A stretch of DNA of 64,000 nt from a virus: the IMG/VR virus record IMGVR_UViG_3300043427_001796. The stretch is one strand, 5' to 3'. The translations under genes were made by a program, and so were the position numbers. Numbering within the stretch: the stretch's first letter is position 1; each line of letters opens with the position of its first letter. The notes beneath the pieces were generated by a model that was not told the DNA's origin, ran no database searches, and was given only the letters and a program-made list of their open reading frames with translations. Below are positions 37,976 through 46,935 of the stretch, one piece after another.

Positions 37976-38410
37976 ATGAAACTACTAATTTCAGAAATTC
38001 TACAGAAAGTCAGCAACGCAAAGACTAAAACTGAGAAAGTAAAACTTCTTCAAGAACACAACTCTCCAGCACTCAGAGCAGTTCTCATCGCAAACTTTGA
38101 TGAGAGTGTAGTTTGTGAGTTGCCTGAAGGTAATGTTCCTTACACTCCAAACGATGCTCCTGAAGAGACAGAACACACAACTCTCTATCAGGAGTATCGT
38201 AAACTCTATTATTTCTTTAAGGGCGGAGCACCACAACTCCAGCAAACTAGAAGAGAAATAATGTTCATTCAGTTGCTGGAGAATCTTCATTCCAAAGAGG
38301 CAGAACTTATCTGTCTCATGAAGGACAAGAAGATTGGTAAGCGTTGGAAGATCACTAAGCAATGTGTAGAAGAAGCGTTCCCCCAGATTGTATGGGGTGG
38401 ACGAAGCTAA
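37976..38410 (+). CDS. Conserved T4-like hypothetical protein
   Basis: LISEILQKVS...LPEGNVPY...REIMFIQLLENLH. Confidence 0.75.
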   Translation: MKLLISEILQKVSNAKTKTEKVKLLQEHNSPALRAVLIANFDESVVCELPEGNVPYTPNDAPEETEHTTLYQEYRKLYYFFKGGAPQLQQTRREIMFIQLLENLHSKEAELICLMKDKKIGKRWKITKQCVEEAFPQIVWGGRS

Positions 38411-38712
38411 TGAATTACAATGCTGAGCAAATTAAAATCCTAGAAAGTTATGCGATAAAAATTCTTTCACAAAATTGTTCTCCTGAGGCAGCAAAAGATA
38501 AGACTCTTCCTAGAGATAGTTATCTTATGACTTTGGACAACGGAGAAGTCTCTTGGTTTGATATTGCGAAAGGAACTCGTAGCGATATTTTTGATGCCTA
38601 TTACGATACGTTTGGTGGCGTCATTCAGTCTATGAAATGGACTGATGGAACTGTGCCAGCAAAGATATGGGGCAATCAAAATCAAACTAAAGAGGTCAAG
38701 AAGAAAAAATGA
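38410..38712 (+). CDS. Conserved cyanophage hypothetical protein
   Basis: TAATG coupling; DKTLP...IFDAYYD...WTDG. Confidence 0.7.
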   Translation: MNYNAEQIKILESYAIKILSQNCSPEAAKDKTLPRDSYLMTLDNGEVSWFDIAKGTRSDIFDAYYDTFGGVIQSMKWTDGTVPAKIWGNQNQTKEVKKKK

Positions 38713-39038
38713 TGGGCAAGCATTATCTATTGAACCTATACGGGTGCTCGTTGGACTTATTGGACAACGAGTTTTTCCTGTGTGATCTATTAGAAAATGC
38801 TGCTGAAGCATGTGGAGCACACGTATTACAAACAATGTCACATCAGTTTGATCCTCAAGGAGTCACTGCGATTTGTTTGCTGTCTGAATCACACATCTCT
38901 ATTCATACATGGCCAGAGAAAGGTGAGGCAGCAGTTGATGTTTTCACATGCGGAGAATCTAATCCAAAGATTGCTTGTGATATAATCATTGAGCAACTCT
39001 ATGCCACCAATTTTAACTTGGATTATGTAGAAAGGTAA
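38709..39038 (+). CDS. speD: S-adenosylmethionine decarboxylase proenzyme (pyruvoyl)
   Basis: GKHYLLNLYGC; LLSE-SHISIHTWPE self-cleavage motif; VDVFTCG. Confidence 0.9.
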   Translation: MMGKHYLLNLYGCSLDLLDNEFFLCDLLENAAEACGAHVLQTMSHQFDPQGVTAICLLSESHISIHTWPEKGEAAVDVFTCGESNPKIACDIIIEQLYATNFNLDYVER

Positions 39039-39042
39039 ATTC

Positions 39043-39058
39043 TGTATCTAAAGTTACA
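39043..39058. promoter_or_regulatory. NtcA-binding consensus
   Basis: TGTA-TCTAAAGT-TACA = GTA-N8-TAC with extended T/A. Confidence 0.6.
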
Positions 39059-39081
39059 AAAATAATCTCATAGATACAATA

Positions 39082-39135
39082 CGTTCATTCGCTATTCGGA
39101 AATAGCGAACGGAAGTAGGGAAACCGAAGGAACGC
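39082..39135 (+). ncRNA. Glutamine riboswitch (glnA RNA motif class)
   Basis: CGUUC...GAACG P1; UUCGCUAUU/AAUAGCGAA P2; GGAAGUA...GAAG E-loop; upstream of a YRG peptide. Confidence 0.85.
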
Positions 39136-39167
39136 CACCTAACCCACAAAGTAAAGGAGCAAACCTA

Positions 39168-39299
39168 ATGACAACAGCAACATATCGCGGTGTAAAATAT
39201 AACGTTGAGGAGCGTAAGTTAAACGTTCTTCAAATGATTAAAGAACAAATTGAAAAAGAGCAGCGTCTTAAAGAAGCACAGCTCGCATCAATTAATTAA
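39168..39299 (+). CDS. DUF4278-type small protein (43 aa), not in ORF track
   Basis: MTTATYRGVKYN...; AAGGAG SD; downstream of the glutamine riboswitch. Confidence 0.85.
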   Translation: MTTATYRGVKYNVEERKLNVLQMIKEQIEKEQRLKEAQLASIN

Positions 39300-39303
39300 T
39301 ATC

Positions 39304-39327
39304 AGGGGGCGTGAGCCCCCTTTTTTT
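39304..39327 (+). terminator. Rho-independent terminator
   Basis: AGGGGGC-GTGA-GCCCCCT followed by a T run. Confidence 0.85.
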
Positions 39328-39360
39328 ATAGATATTAATGGAATGTTGCTATAGATACCA

Positions 39361-39507
39361 GTGGAAAGAAGACAACTCAAGGATATTCTAAACAAGTTAA
39401 AGGAAGTTGTAGAAGAATTGGAAGTAGAAATATACGCAGATACTGAATCGTATATGTCCGGACCCAGATACACATCCTGTGATGACGATGACGGGTATGC
39501 GGATTGA
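39361..39507 (+). CDS. Small acidic conserved cyanophage protein (48 aa, GTG start)
   Basis: ERRQLKDILNKLKEVVEELEVEIYAD...DDDDGYAD*. Confidence 0.6.
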   Translation: MERRQLKDILNKLKEVVEELEVEIYADTESYMSGPRYTSCDDDDGYAD

Positions 39508-39532
39508 CAAGCACTCCTGATGGTGCTACAAT
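39504..39532 (+). promoter_or_regulatory. sigma70 promoter
   Basis: TTGACA-N17-TACAAT with TG. Confidence 0.75.
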
Positions 39533-39556
39533 ATGAACACATTGATTTGAAACACA

Positions 39557-39832
39557 ATGGCATTACAAACATTTGATGTAAAAAAGCATATTAAATTAAT
39601 CAAAAAAGCATTGAAGTCTGACTTTCTTTACAGCACTGAAGAGATTCATAAGCTTAAGACAGACCTTCGCAATCTAGAGAAGACTCAAGAACTGGTGAGG
39701 CAGTATCAAAGCAATGGTTTTGGTCAGTATGTCCGCCAACCAGTTGTGGTAGAGTCCACCATTGAACCTGTTGTGGAACCAGAGGTGGTAGAATCTGTTG
39801 ATGTTGAAGTCATGGAGAGCGCAGATGTATGA
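39557..39832 (+). CDS. Hypothetical protein
   Basis: 91-aa ORF after promoter. Confidence 0.7.
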   Translation: MALQTFDVKKHIKLIKKALKSDFLYSTEEIHKLKTDLRNLEKTQELVRQYQSNGFGQYVRQPVVVESTIEPVVEPEVVESVDVEVMESADV

Positions 39833-40013
39833 AACTTTGACTGAGTTTGAGAGAGCACTTGCTCGCTTCGGTGACAAGGTTCAATATATTGTTGGACTTG
39901 AGGTATCAAATAAAATGGAACCTGAAGTTGCCTATCAAGAGATCAAAGACATGATGAAGGAACTCAAGAAACTTCGTAAAAAAGAAAAAGAAAATTGGGA
40001 GACTGCTGAATGA
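39825..40013 (+). CDS. Conserved cyanophage hypothetical protein
   Basis: MYETLTEFERALARFGDKV...AYQEIK. Confidence 0.7.
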   Translation: MYETLTEFERALARFGDKVQYIVGLEVSNKMEPEVAYQEIKDMMKELKKLRKKEKENWETAE

Positions 40014-40672
40014 ATACAAAACTAATTGCTATCACTCAGGGTGCTGGTGATCTGATTGAACAGAATGCTCAAGAAGTAATTTCTTTCATTGCCCGTGTCA
40101 GCAACCCAAACAACCAACTAAACTTTGATACTGCTGCTGGATTGCTTCGGTATTGTATCAAGCATGAGCACTGGAGCATCTTTGAACACGCCTTCATGAC
40201 CCTTGAGATCAACACTACCAGGGGTATTGCTGCCCAGATCCTCAGGCATCGTTCCTTCACCTTCCAGGAGTTCTCACAGCGGTATGCTGACACGAATCTC
40301 CTGGCTGATTCTCCAAAGGTTCCTGATCTTCGTAGGCAGGACACAAAGAATCGTCAGAATTCTATTGATGACTTCGGTGATTACATAAAGTTGGGATTAC
40401 AGGGAGAGATTTCTGAATACTTTGCTCAAGGTCAGGTGCTTTATAATAGGTTGCTTGAGAAAGGAGTTGCTAAAGAGTGTGCTCGTTTCGTTCTTCCTCT
40501 TGCTACACCAACTCGTATCTACATGACTGGATCATGTCGTTCGTGGATTCACTATATACAATTACGTTCTGGTCACGGGACTCAGAAAGAACACATGGAT
40601 ATTGCTAAAGAATGTCAGTGTGTTTTTGCTGGTCAGTTTCCTAACGTTGCTGAAGCATTGGAGTGGATTTAA
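40010..40672 (+). CDS. thyX: Flavin-dependent thymidylate synthase
   Basis: HWSIFEH, QILRHRSFTFQEFSQRY, AKECARFVLP. Confidence 0.95.
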   Translation: MNTKLIAITQGAGDLIEQNAQEVISFIARVSNPNNQLNFDTAAGLLRYCIKHEHWSIFEHAFMTLEINTTRGIAAQILRHRSFTFQEFSQRYADTNLLADSPKVPDLRRQDTKNRQNSIDDFGDYIKLGLQGEISEYFAQGQVLYNRLLEKGVAKECARFVLPLATPTRIYMTGSCRSWIHYIQLRSGHGTQKEHMDIAKECQCVFAGQFPNVAEALEWI

Positions 40673-40944
40673 TGGCAACCTATCCCGTAATCAATAATAA
40701 GACTGGCGAACAAAAGGAAGTGACCATGAGTGTTACTGAATGGGACCAGTGGAAGATAGATAATCCTGAGTGGCAGAGAGACTGGAGTGATCCATCTACT
40801 TGTCCTGCTGCTGGTGAGGTGGGGGATTGGAGAGATAAGATGACAAAATCTCATCCAGGCTGGTCAGATATTATGAAAAACAAAATCAATCCAAAAGCGA
40901 AAGCAATTGGAAACACATCCATTACTTCAAAATACAATTACTAA
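40672..40944 (+). CDS. Conserved hypothetical protein
   Basis: MATYPVIN...TGE...W pattern common before phoH. Confidence 0.7.
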   Translation: MATYPVINNKTGEQKEVTMSVTEWDQWKIDNPEWQRDWSDPSTCPAAGEVGDWRDKMTKSHPGWSDIMKNKINPKAKAIGNTSITSKYNY

Positions 40945-40945
40945 T

Positions 40946-41707
40946 ATGCCAAGAGCCAGAAAGTCGCGCAGCGCACAACAACCAGTAGCAAATGGTTACA
41001 ATCGTAAGCAGATGAAGAGACGCAAGCCAATCTCTGCTGAGTATATTGAAACGATTGAACCTTTAACTCCAAGACAGGAGCAATTCTTTGAAGAGTATGG
41101 CAAAGGTCAGAATATCTATGCCTATGGTTGTGCCGGAACAGGTAAGACATTTCTGGCACTTTACTTAGCACTCAGAGAGATTCTGGATGAGTATAGTAAC
41201 TACGAGAAACTATACATCGTTCGCTCTCTTGTTGCTACCAGAGAGATTGGATTCCTACCAGGCACACACGAAGATAAGGCAGACATCTATCAGATTCCTT
41301 ACAAGAATATGGTAAGGAACATGTTTGATTTCTCTACTGATTCTGACTACGATAGTCTCTACGATAATCTTAAAGCACAAGAGACAATTAGTTTCTGGAG
41401 CACATCCTTCCTTCGCGGCACCACTCTAGATAATGCTATCATTATCGTAGATGAATGTCAGAACTTAAACTTCCACGAACTTGATTCAATCATCACCCGT
41501 GTTGGTCAAGACTCTAAGATTATTTTCTGCGGTGATGCTCGTCAGAGTGATCTGATCAAATCAAATGAACGCACAGGTATCGTAGACTTCCAGCGCATTC
41601 TGGATAATATGGATGAGTTCTCGTTGATTGAGTTTGGTGTGGAAGATATTGTCCGCTCCGGTCTCGTCAAGTCTTATCTCTTAAGTAAAATTTCCCTTGG
41701 TATGTAA
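40946..41707 (+). CDS. phoH: PhoH-like ATPase
   Basis: GCAGTGKTF Walker A, REIGFLPG, LRGTTL, IIVDECQN, GDARQSDL. Confidence 0.95.
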   Translation: MPRARKSRSAQQPVANGYNRKQMKRRKPISAEYIETIEPLTPRQEQFFEEYGKGQNIYAYGCAGTGKTFLALYLALREILDEYSNYEKLYIVRSLVATREIGFLPGTHEDKADIYQIPYKNMVRNMFDFSTDSDYDSLYDNLKAQETISFWSTSFLRGTTLDNAIIIVDECQNLNFHELDSIITRVGQDSKIIFCGDARQSDLIKSNERTGIVDFQRILDNMDEFSLIEFGVEDIVRSGLVKSYLLSKISLGM

Positions 41708-41712
41708 TTAGT

Positions 41713-42390
41713 ATGTTTAATCATGTAGTATTGCCGGATGTATTTGAAGTTGAATCTGTCACAGCAGATGGGTCTAGACATTACCCATGTCCCAAAGGTA
41801 ACTATCCGTCAGTTACTACAGTGATTAGTAACAATCCCACAAAGATTGCTGGCATTCAACGCTGGCGTAAACGAGTGGGTGAAGAGAAAGCAAATCGTAT
41901 TTCAAAGAGAGCAACGACAAGGGGGAATGACTTTCACCTGATGGCAGAGATGTATCTAAAAAATACATTGAACGAGCAGGACTTTACACATTCCCCATTG
42001 TCTGCTATGATGTTTGAGTCTGCGAAGGAAACTCTAAACAATATAAATAATATATACTTACAAGAGGCAGTTCTCTATTCTGACATACTACAAATCGCAG
42101 GTCGCGTTGATTGTATTGCTGAATATAATGGAGAACTGGCAATCATAGATTTCAAAACTTCTGGTTCACCTAAAAAAGAATCGTATCTCTATGACTATTA
42201 CGTTCAGGAACAAGCATACGCATGTATGTTCTATGAAATGTATGGTCTTGCTGTTAAGAAACTCGTAACCATTGTTGCTTGTGAAGATGGAGAAACACAA
42301 GTCAAAGTAAATCGTCCTCTTAAAGAATATTATTTAAAGTTACAAGAATACATCGCAGAATATCACAAAAATGCCAGAAGAAAATCTTGA
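41713..42390 (+). CDS. PD-(D/E)xK exonuclease (T4-like cyanophage exonuclease)
   Basis: YPSVTTV, RGNDFH, AGRVDCIAE, IIDFKTS. Confidence 0.85.
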   Translation: MFNHVVLPDVFEVESVTADGSRHYPCPKGNYPSVTTVISNNPTKIAGIQRWRKRVGEEKANRISKRATTRGNDFHLMAEMYLKNTLNEQDFTHSPLSAMMFESAKETLNNINNIYLQEAVLYSDILQIAGRVDCIAEYNGELAIIDFKTSGSPKKESYLYDYYVQEQAYACMFYEMYGLAVKKLVTIVACEDGETQVKVNRPLKEYYLKLQEYIAEYHKNARRKS

Positions 42391-42622
42391 GGATAAATTT
42401 ATGAGTGCTGCGAAGTTTTCGCAGGATGTTGAACACCTCGTCTTACATAATCATGAAATGAATTATATTGATGCTGTTGTTCACTACTGCGAGTTAAATG
42501 AAATTGAATTGGAAAGTGTGTCCAAACTTATTTCTAAACCATTGAAAGAAAAACTAAAGATGGACGCACAAAAACTAAACTACATAAAGAAGACAAGTAG
42601 ATCAAAACTAATGCTAGTATGA
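42371..42622 (+). CDS. 33: Late-transcription coactivator gp33
   Basis: FSQDVE...YIDAVVHYCE...KLISKPLKEKLKMDA. Confidence 0.85.
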   Translation: MPEENLEDKFMSAAKFSQDVEHLVLHNHEMNYIDAVVHYCELNEIELESVSKLISKPLKEKLKMDAQKLNYIKKTSRSKLMLV

Positions 42623-42969
42623 GTGATTTTTTTACATCGGAAATGGTTCGCGGTGATCTACAAGAGATCACTGATCTCCAAATGTATTGTGTGCGGGCAT
42701 CTTCTATGCTGCCCGCACTTTCTCCAGAAAAACTACTAGAATATTATGATGTTCTAATGACATTGATTGACAAACAAAAAACATTTTATGCTAGACTTTC
42801 ATTAAGTGAAGATCCTGAAGCAAAAGAGATGGCAGATCTAATGAGAGACATGACGATTATGTTAGGAGCAAATCCAAACGAATCCATGTATGCTATGTTT
42901 GATGAACTCATTTCTCGCGTTCAGGAGATGAAGCAGCAGTTGCTTGACAAACTGGCACAGGATCCTTGA
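42619..42969 (+). CDS. DUF1825-like cyanobacterial/cyanophage protein
   Basis: FFTSEMV...KQKTFYARLSLSEDPEA. Confidence 0.7.
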   Translation: MSDFFTSEMVRGDLQEITDLQMYCVRASSMLPALSPEKLLEYYDVLMTLIDKQKTFYARLSLSEDPEAKEMADLMRDMTIMLGANPNESMYAMFDELISRVQEMKQQLLDKLAQDP

Positions 42970-42994
42970 CCCACCCCTGTGCCTGTGTTATGAT
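42951..42994 (+). promoter_or_regulatory. gp32 promoter with upstream ACTGGCAC half-site
   Basis: ACTGGCAC-N7-TTGACC-N17-TATGAT. Confidence 0.65.
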
Positions 42995-43058
42995 GAATAA
43001 GTGAACGGGTCACACCAAACAAAATCCAAGTAACATCAAAGTAAATCCGAGGTATCAT

Positions 43059-43946
43059 ATGTCTTTTGCTGATCTTAAGCGCAGTTCTTCTAGCGACTTC
43101 TCTTTCCTTCAGAAGGAACTGGAGAAAGCATCTACCGATTCTAAAGGTGATGAGCGCATCTGGAAGCCTGCTCTTAACGAAACTGGTAACGGGTATGCCG
43201 TTATTCGTTTCCTCCCCCGTCCCGCTAACGAACCTAAGCCACTCGTTAAACTTTACTCTCACGCATTCCAAGGTCCAGAGAACGACTGGTTCATTGAGAA
43301 TTGTTTGACCACGAATGGTGAGAAGTGTCCCATCTGTAACTCCAACAGCGTTCTTTGGAAGAATGGTGATGAAGATACTGCCCGTGAACGCAAGCGTAAG
43401 CTGTCCTACTACTCCAACATCTATGTTGTGAAGGACACTGCTAACCCTGATAATGAAGGTAAAGTATTCCTCTACCGCTATGGCAAGATGATCTTTGATA
43501 AGATTGCTGCTGCCATGAAGCCTGAGTTTGATGATGAGAAACCCGTCAATGTGTTTGATCTTTGGGAAGGTGCTAACTTCAAACTGAAGATCAAGATCAA
43601 AGGTGGTTACTGGAACTACGAAGCATCCGAGTTTGATTCTCCTGCTGCTCTCAGCAACGATGATGATGAACTGGAAGCAGTCTACAACCAGTGCTATTCT
43701 CTTCAGGAACTTGTTTCTCCTGACCAATTCAAGTCCTTCAGTGATCTTGAGAAGCGTATGGATGAAGTTCTGAATCCTTCTAAGCGTCGTGCCTCTGCTG
43801 CTCAAGCAGAAGAGGAAGCAGATCCTATCTCGTCTGACGATGATGATCTGTTTGCTGAACCTGTAGCAGCACGTCCTGCTCGCTCGTCTAACATTCCGTC
43901 AGAGGATAAGGGAGCAGACTACTTTGCTTCCCTGCTTGAGGATTGA
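43059..43946 (+). CDS. 32: Single-stranded DNA-binding protein gp32
   Basis: DERIWKP, GNGYAVIRFLP, IENCLTT...CPIC, GANFKLKI; acidic tail. Confidence 0.95.
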   Translation: MSFADLKRSSSSDFSFLQKELEKASTDSKGDERIWKPALNETGNGYAVIRFLPRPANEPKPLVKLYSHAFQGPENDWFIENCLTTNGEKCPICNSNSVLWKNGDEDTARERKRKLSYYSNIYVVKDTANPDNEGKVFLYRYGKMIFDKIAAAMKPEFDDEKPVNVFDLWEGANFKLKIKIKGGYWNYEASEFDSPAALSNDDDELEAVYNQCYSLQELVSPDQFKSFSDLEKRMDEVLNPSKRRASAAQAEEEADPISSDDDDLFAEPVAARPARSSNIPSEDKGADYFASLLED

Positions 43947-43975
43947 GAATCCAAAATTGAATAACTGATTACATC

Positions 43976-44007
43976 AATCCCGGAAAAATTTTTCCGGGAT
44001 TTTTTTG
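43976..44007. terminator. Palindromic terminator-like element after gp32
   Basis: AATCCCGGAAAAATTTTTCCGGGATT followed by a T run. Confidence 0.7.
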
Positions 44008-44021
44008 TGTCAAAAGTCGCG

Positions 44022-44687
44022 TCAGATGGATGTGCGCTTTAACTTACTTGAGATAAAGTCAGAAGATACTTCATACTTATTGTTCTTTTTAAAATCGTTA
44101 ACAAAGGTATTCAGATATCTTTTTTTCAGAATATAAATTTCTCTCTTAGATTCATTCAATCGATATTCGTTTTCATAAACACTAATTGGTCTAGAAACTT
44201 CACTACCTGGGATAGTTACTTGATCCTCTCCATTGTAATACGTGAAAGGATTATCATGAAATTCTTGAGTCACTGATAGACCACCTTTCAATGCGATAAC
44301 ATCAATTCCATCAACTTTATATCCTGCTTTTAATTCTTCAGTCTCATAGTGATGAATTGTAGTGAATGGATTGATGACAAGTGAATCCATTTTTCTATCA
44401 AATGATTCTTTATCTAGAGGCCAATCGTAAGTAGCATTGATCATGTTATTTGTCAACACAATAATCCAATCATAAAAAGGATTATCATAGTATCTTTCGG
44501 CAATAGTATCTAATCTATCGCTATCTTTTATTGTGTATTTTTTAAAAAATACAGCATAGGAAAATACTTTTTCGTTTAAAGTGTATCGCTTAAAGAAATT
44601 TTTTGCAGTAACATAATCTGTTTCCGAGAATGGAAATCCGATTGGTTTTACTGAATATTTTATGTCTGGAATTAAATCGAAATACAT
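44022..44687 (-). CDS. 53: Baseplate wedge subunit gp53
   Basis: RLDTIAERYY...WIIVLTNN, HHYET, NESKREIYILK. Confidence 0.85.
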   Translation of the reverse strand: MYFDLIPDIKYSVKPIGFPFSETDYVTAKNFFKRYTLNEKVFSYAVFFKKYTIKDSDRLDTIAERYYDNPFYDWIIVLTNNMINATYDWPLDKESFDRKMDSLVINPFTTIHHYETEELKAGYKVDGIDVIALKGGLSVTQEFHDNPFTYYNGEDQVTIPGSEVSRPISVYENEYRLNESKREIYILKKRYLNTFVNDFKKNNKYEVSSDFISSKLKRTSI

Positions 44688-45775
44688 TAGTATGTTGCCC
44701 CTCCCCAATAAATTTCTTCTCTATACACTAGTTTGGTTTCTGCAAAATTGATTTGCATATTTATTGCAACTGGTGCAAAATTTTCATATACTGCATATGA
44801 ACCATCAGGAGTATAGTTTACTGATAATCCAGTGATTGCACATGGTTTAAATTGTGTAAGATAGGGGTTTTCACTGGATCCTGCCATAAATTTTACATCA
44901 ACTAATGCCGGAACTTTTATAAAGGATGGCGCATTTTGTCCACCCAAAACACCTGTATCTGATTCAAAAGATGGCAACATTGCTTTCTTGAAGGTCGTTA
45001 TAATATTTCTTATTTCATCTGTTTCTGTTTGACTTCTTGCTACCATTTTAAAATTTAAACTAAATGTTCTCAAATCAAATCCATTGAATAGTAGCTCAGT
45101 ATTTGGATTTAAAACAACATTTCTAGTTGCTCCAAGAACATCATTAAGTCCTAGACCTTCTCCTTGACCTGTATTTTGTAGTGCTTCAAGTGCAGTTTTT
45201 GTCAATTCTACTAGTGCAGTATCTAGAACGGCACCACCACCAGATTTTAATTTTTCCATAAAACCCTGCCAATCATTGCCTCCAGCGGACCCTACAGCTC
45301 CTAAAATTCCAGCGGTAAAATTTTGAATTGATTTTCCTCCCCATTGTGCCCCATAATCAGCAGAAATATCTTCTGGCATGTAAAGAACTATATTTTGAAG
45401 AGTTCCATTAGTTCCATCTTTAACAGATACTCTTCTGTTGTTATAAAGGGAGGAATTGTATGCACTTAATGATCCTGTTTTTGTTCCTGCTGAAGCTTCA
45501 CTAGTATATGGACCGACATAATCAAAAAATGAAAATTTTACATAATTTGTTGTTCCTTCTGATGATTTTAATTCGGATGGATAATACAAGGTTGATGATG
45601 GACCATCTTTAGAAGAATTTCCGAAACTAAATGATGTTACATTAGTTCCTTCCGCTGCTTGATTAGCCGCGGTCAACGCTTTATTTTTTGCCTCAAGATC
45701 TGCATTTTTTTGTGCTTCTGCATTAGCAGCTCCGGATGTTTCCTGTCCTGTTGTCTCTTGTCCAGGGTTTCCCAT
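44687..45775 (-). CDS. 48: Baseplate tail-tube cap gp48
   Basis: LYMPEDI, NPNTELLFNG...RTFSLNFKM, FKKAMLP, VNYTPDG. Confidence 0.85.
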   Translation of the reverse strand: MGNPGQETTGQETSGAANAEAQKNADLEAKNKALTAANQAAEGTNVTSFSFGNSSKDGPSSTLYYPSELKSSEGTTNYVKFSFFDYVGPYTSEASAGTKTGSLSAYNSSLYNNRRVSVKDGTNGTLQNIVLYMPEDISADYGAQWGGKSIQNFTAGILGAVGSAGGNDWQGFMEKLKSGGGAVLDTALVELTKTALEALQNTGQGEGLGLNDVLGATRNVVLNPNTELLFNGFDLRTFSLNFKMVARSQTETDEIRNIITTFKKAMLPSFESDTGVLGGQNAPSFIKVPALVDVKFMAGSSENPYLTQFKPCAITGLSVNYTPDGSYAVYENFAPVAINMQINFAETKLVYREEIYWGGATY

Positions 45776-46458
45776 TACTTCACCATCTCCTTACTTCCTT
45801 TGCTTCCATATCCCATCACCATTCGATGTCCCTTAATTTTGTCATAGAATTTTTCGTTTGTTTCCTTCCAAACATCTTCTTTTTTGTATGGAAATTTATG
45901 TCCGCTCACATCTTTGACAAAATTTTCAACTGGTAACAAAATAGCTGTATCCCATTCATCTTTGTGGAGATCAAGCATGTAACCTTGAACATGATTCAGA
46001 ATGTATTTATGGAAGCAATTTTTGGGTATGTCAATTTTATCTGACATTATATCCTGTATAACTTTGACTCTTTTCTTTGGTGCCATGTAGTGAAGATTTG
46101 CCCCAACAAATTCATTTTCATCAATAATTTTCATTACATAAACAAGGGGAAATGTGTCATAGTATGGCAACCATTTCATCTTTGCTTTATATTCAAAAAA
46201 GTAAAGATGTCCTTCAACTGGATATCTTCTCAATATGTTTCCATCCGCAAATTGAGATGCTCTATCTTGATTCTCTTGTCTTAGTAATTTTGCCGGATCT
46301 TTTTTATATTCTGAGGAAAGAGATGCTACTTTGCTGCGATACCAATCGTAACTTTTTCTTTCTCCTCCTGTTGCTTCACTTACCTTCTCAAATATAGTTT
46401 TGTATCCTGTCTTCTTTTTTGGATTATTTCTTTGTATTTCTGAGAAACCTGTGGCCAT
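45775..46458 (-). CDS. 2: DNA end protector protein gp2
   Basis: LPYYDTFPLV, GANLHY, HKYI, LPVENF. Confidence 0.85.
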   Translation of the reverse strand: MATGFSEIQRNNPKKKTGYKTIFEKVSEATGGERKSYDWYRSKVASLSSEYKKDPAKLLRQENQDRASQFADGNILRRYPVEGHLYFFEYKAKMKWLPYYDTFPLVYVMKIIDENEFVGANLHYMAPKKRVKVIQDIMSDKIDIPKNCFHKYILNHVQGYMLDLHKDEWDTAILLPVENFVKDVSGHKFPYKKEDVWKETNEKFYDKIKGHRMVMGYGSKGSKEMVK

Positions 46459-46462
46459 TGTC

Positions 46463-46900
46463 CTATACCTTTAAGTGATCTTCGGTGAGTATCTTAAATT
46501 TCATCTGCCGATCCTCACAGAAGTCCTCAGCCGCATCCCATTTAGCGCGGTTCTTGATGTAAGTTAGAACTTCTCGTTTCCAAGTGGCAGTCTTACGTTT
46601 TGGTTTGTCATTCGGTTTGATTGTCTGTCGTTTTGGTTTAATTTCAATGATGTATTTCTCATACTTACCTTCCTTTGTTTTTACTTTGATGTAAAAATCA
46701 GGATAGTAACGATGAACTCTACCATCTATAGGAGACCTGTAAGGAATGATTACTTCCTCACTACCCCACTCTATAATTGATGTTGTATGATCACAGAAGA
46801 TCATAAATTTCTTCTCCCACATGGACCTATAAATGATCCGGGTGGGGTTTCCACGATACTTCTGTGGGTTCACTGGTTTATACAACCCAGAGTATGCCAT
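46463..46900 (-). CDS. 4: Head completion protein gp4 (TnsA-like nuclease fold)
   Basis: AYSGLYKPVNPQKYRGNP, YRSMWE, HRYYPDF, IEIKP, KWDAA. Confidence 0.9.
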   Translation of the reverse strand: MAYSGLYKPVNPQKYRGNPTRIIYRSMWEKKFMIFCDHTTSIIEWGSEEVIIPYRSPIDGRVHRYYPDFYIKVKTKEGKYEKYIIEIKPKRQTIKPNDKPKRKTATWKREVLTYIKNRAKWDAAEDFCEDRQMKFKILTEDHLKV

Positions 46901-46903
46901 AAA

Positions 46904-46934
46904 TATAAATATACACTTCACCAATCCTATTTAT
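46904..46934. promoter_or_regulatory. Face-to-face late promoters
   Basis: TATAAATA (+) at 46904 and ATAAATA (-) at 46928-46934. Confidence 0.7.
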
Positions 46935-46935
46935 T

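Noticed and set aside
41713-42390. Exonuclease as a Cas4/CRISPR component
   Set aside because: Standard T4-like cyanophage nuclease in its usual phoH-gp33 context; no Fe-S Cys cluster pattern and no array.
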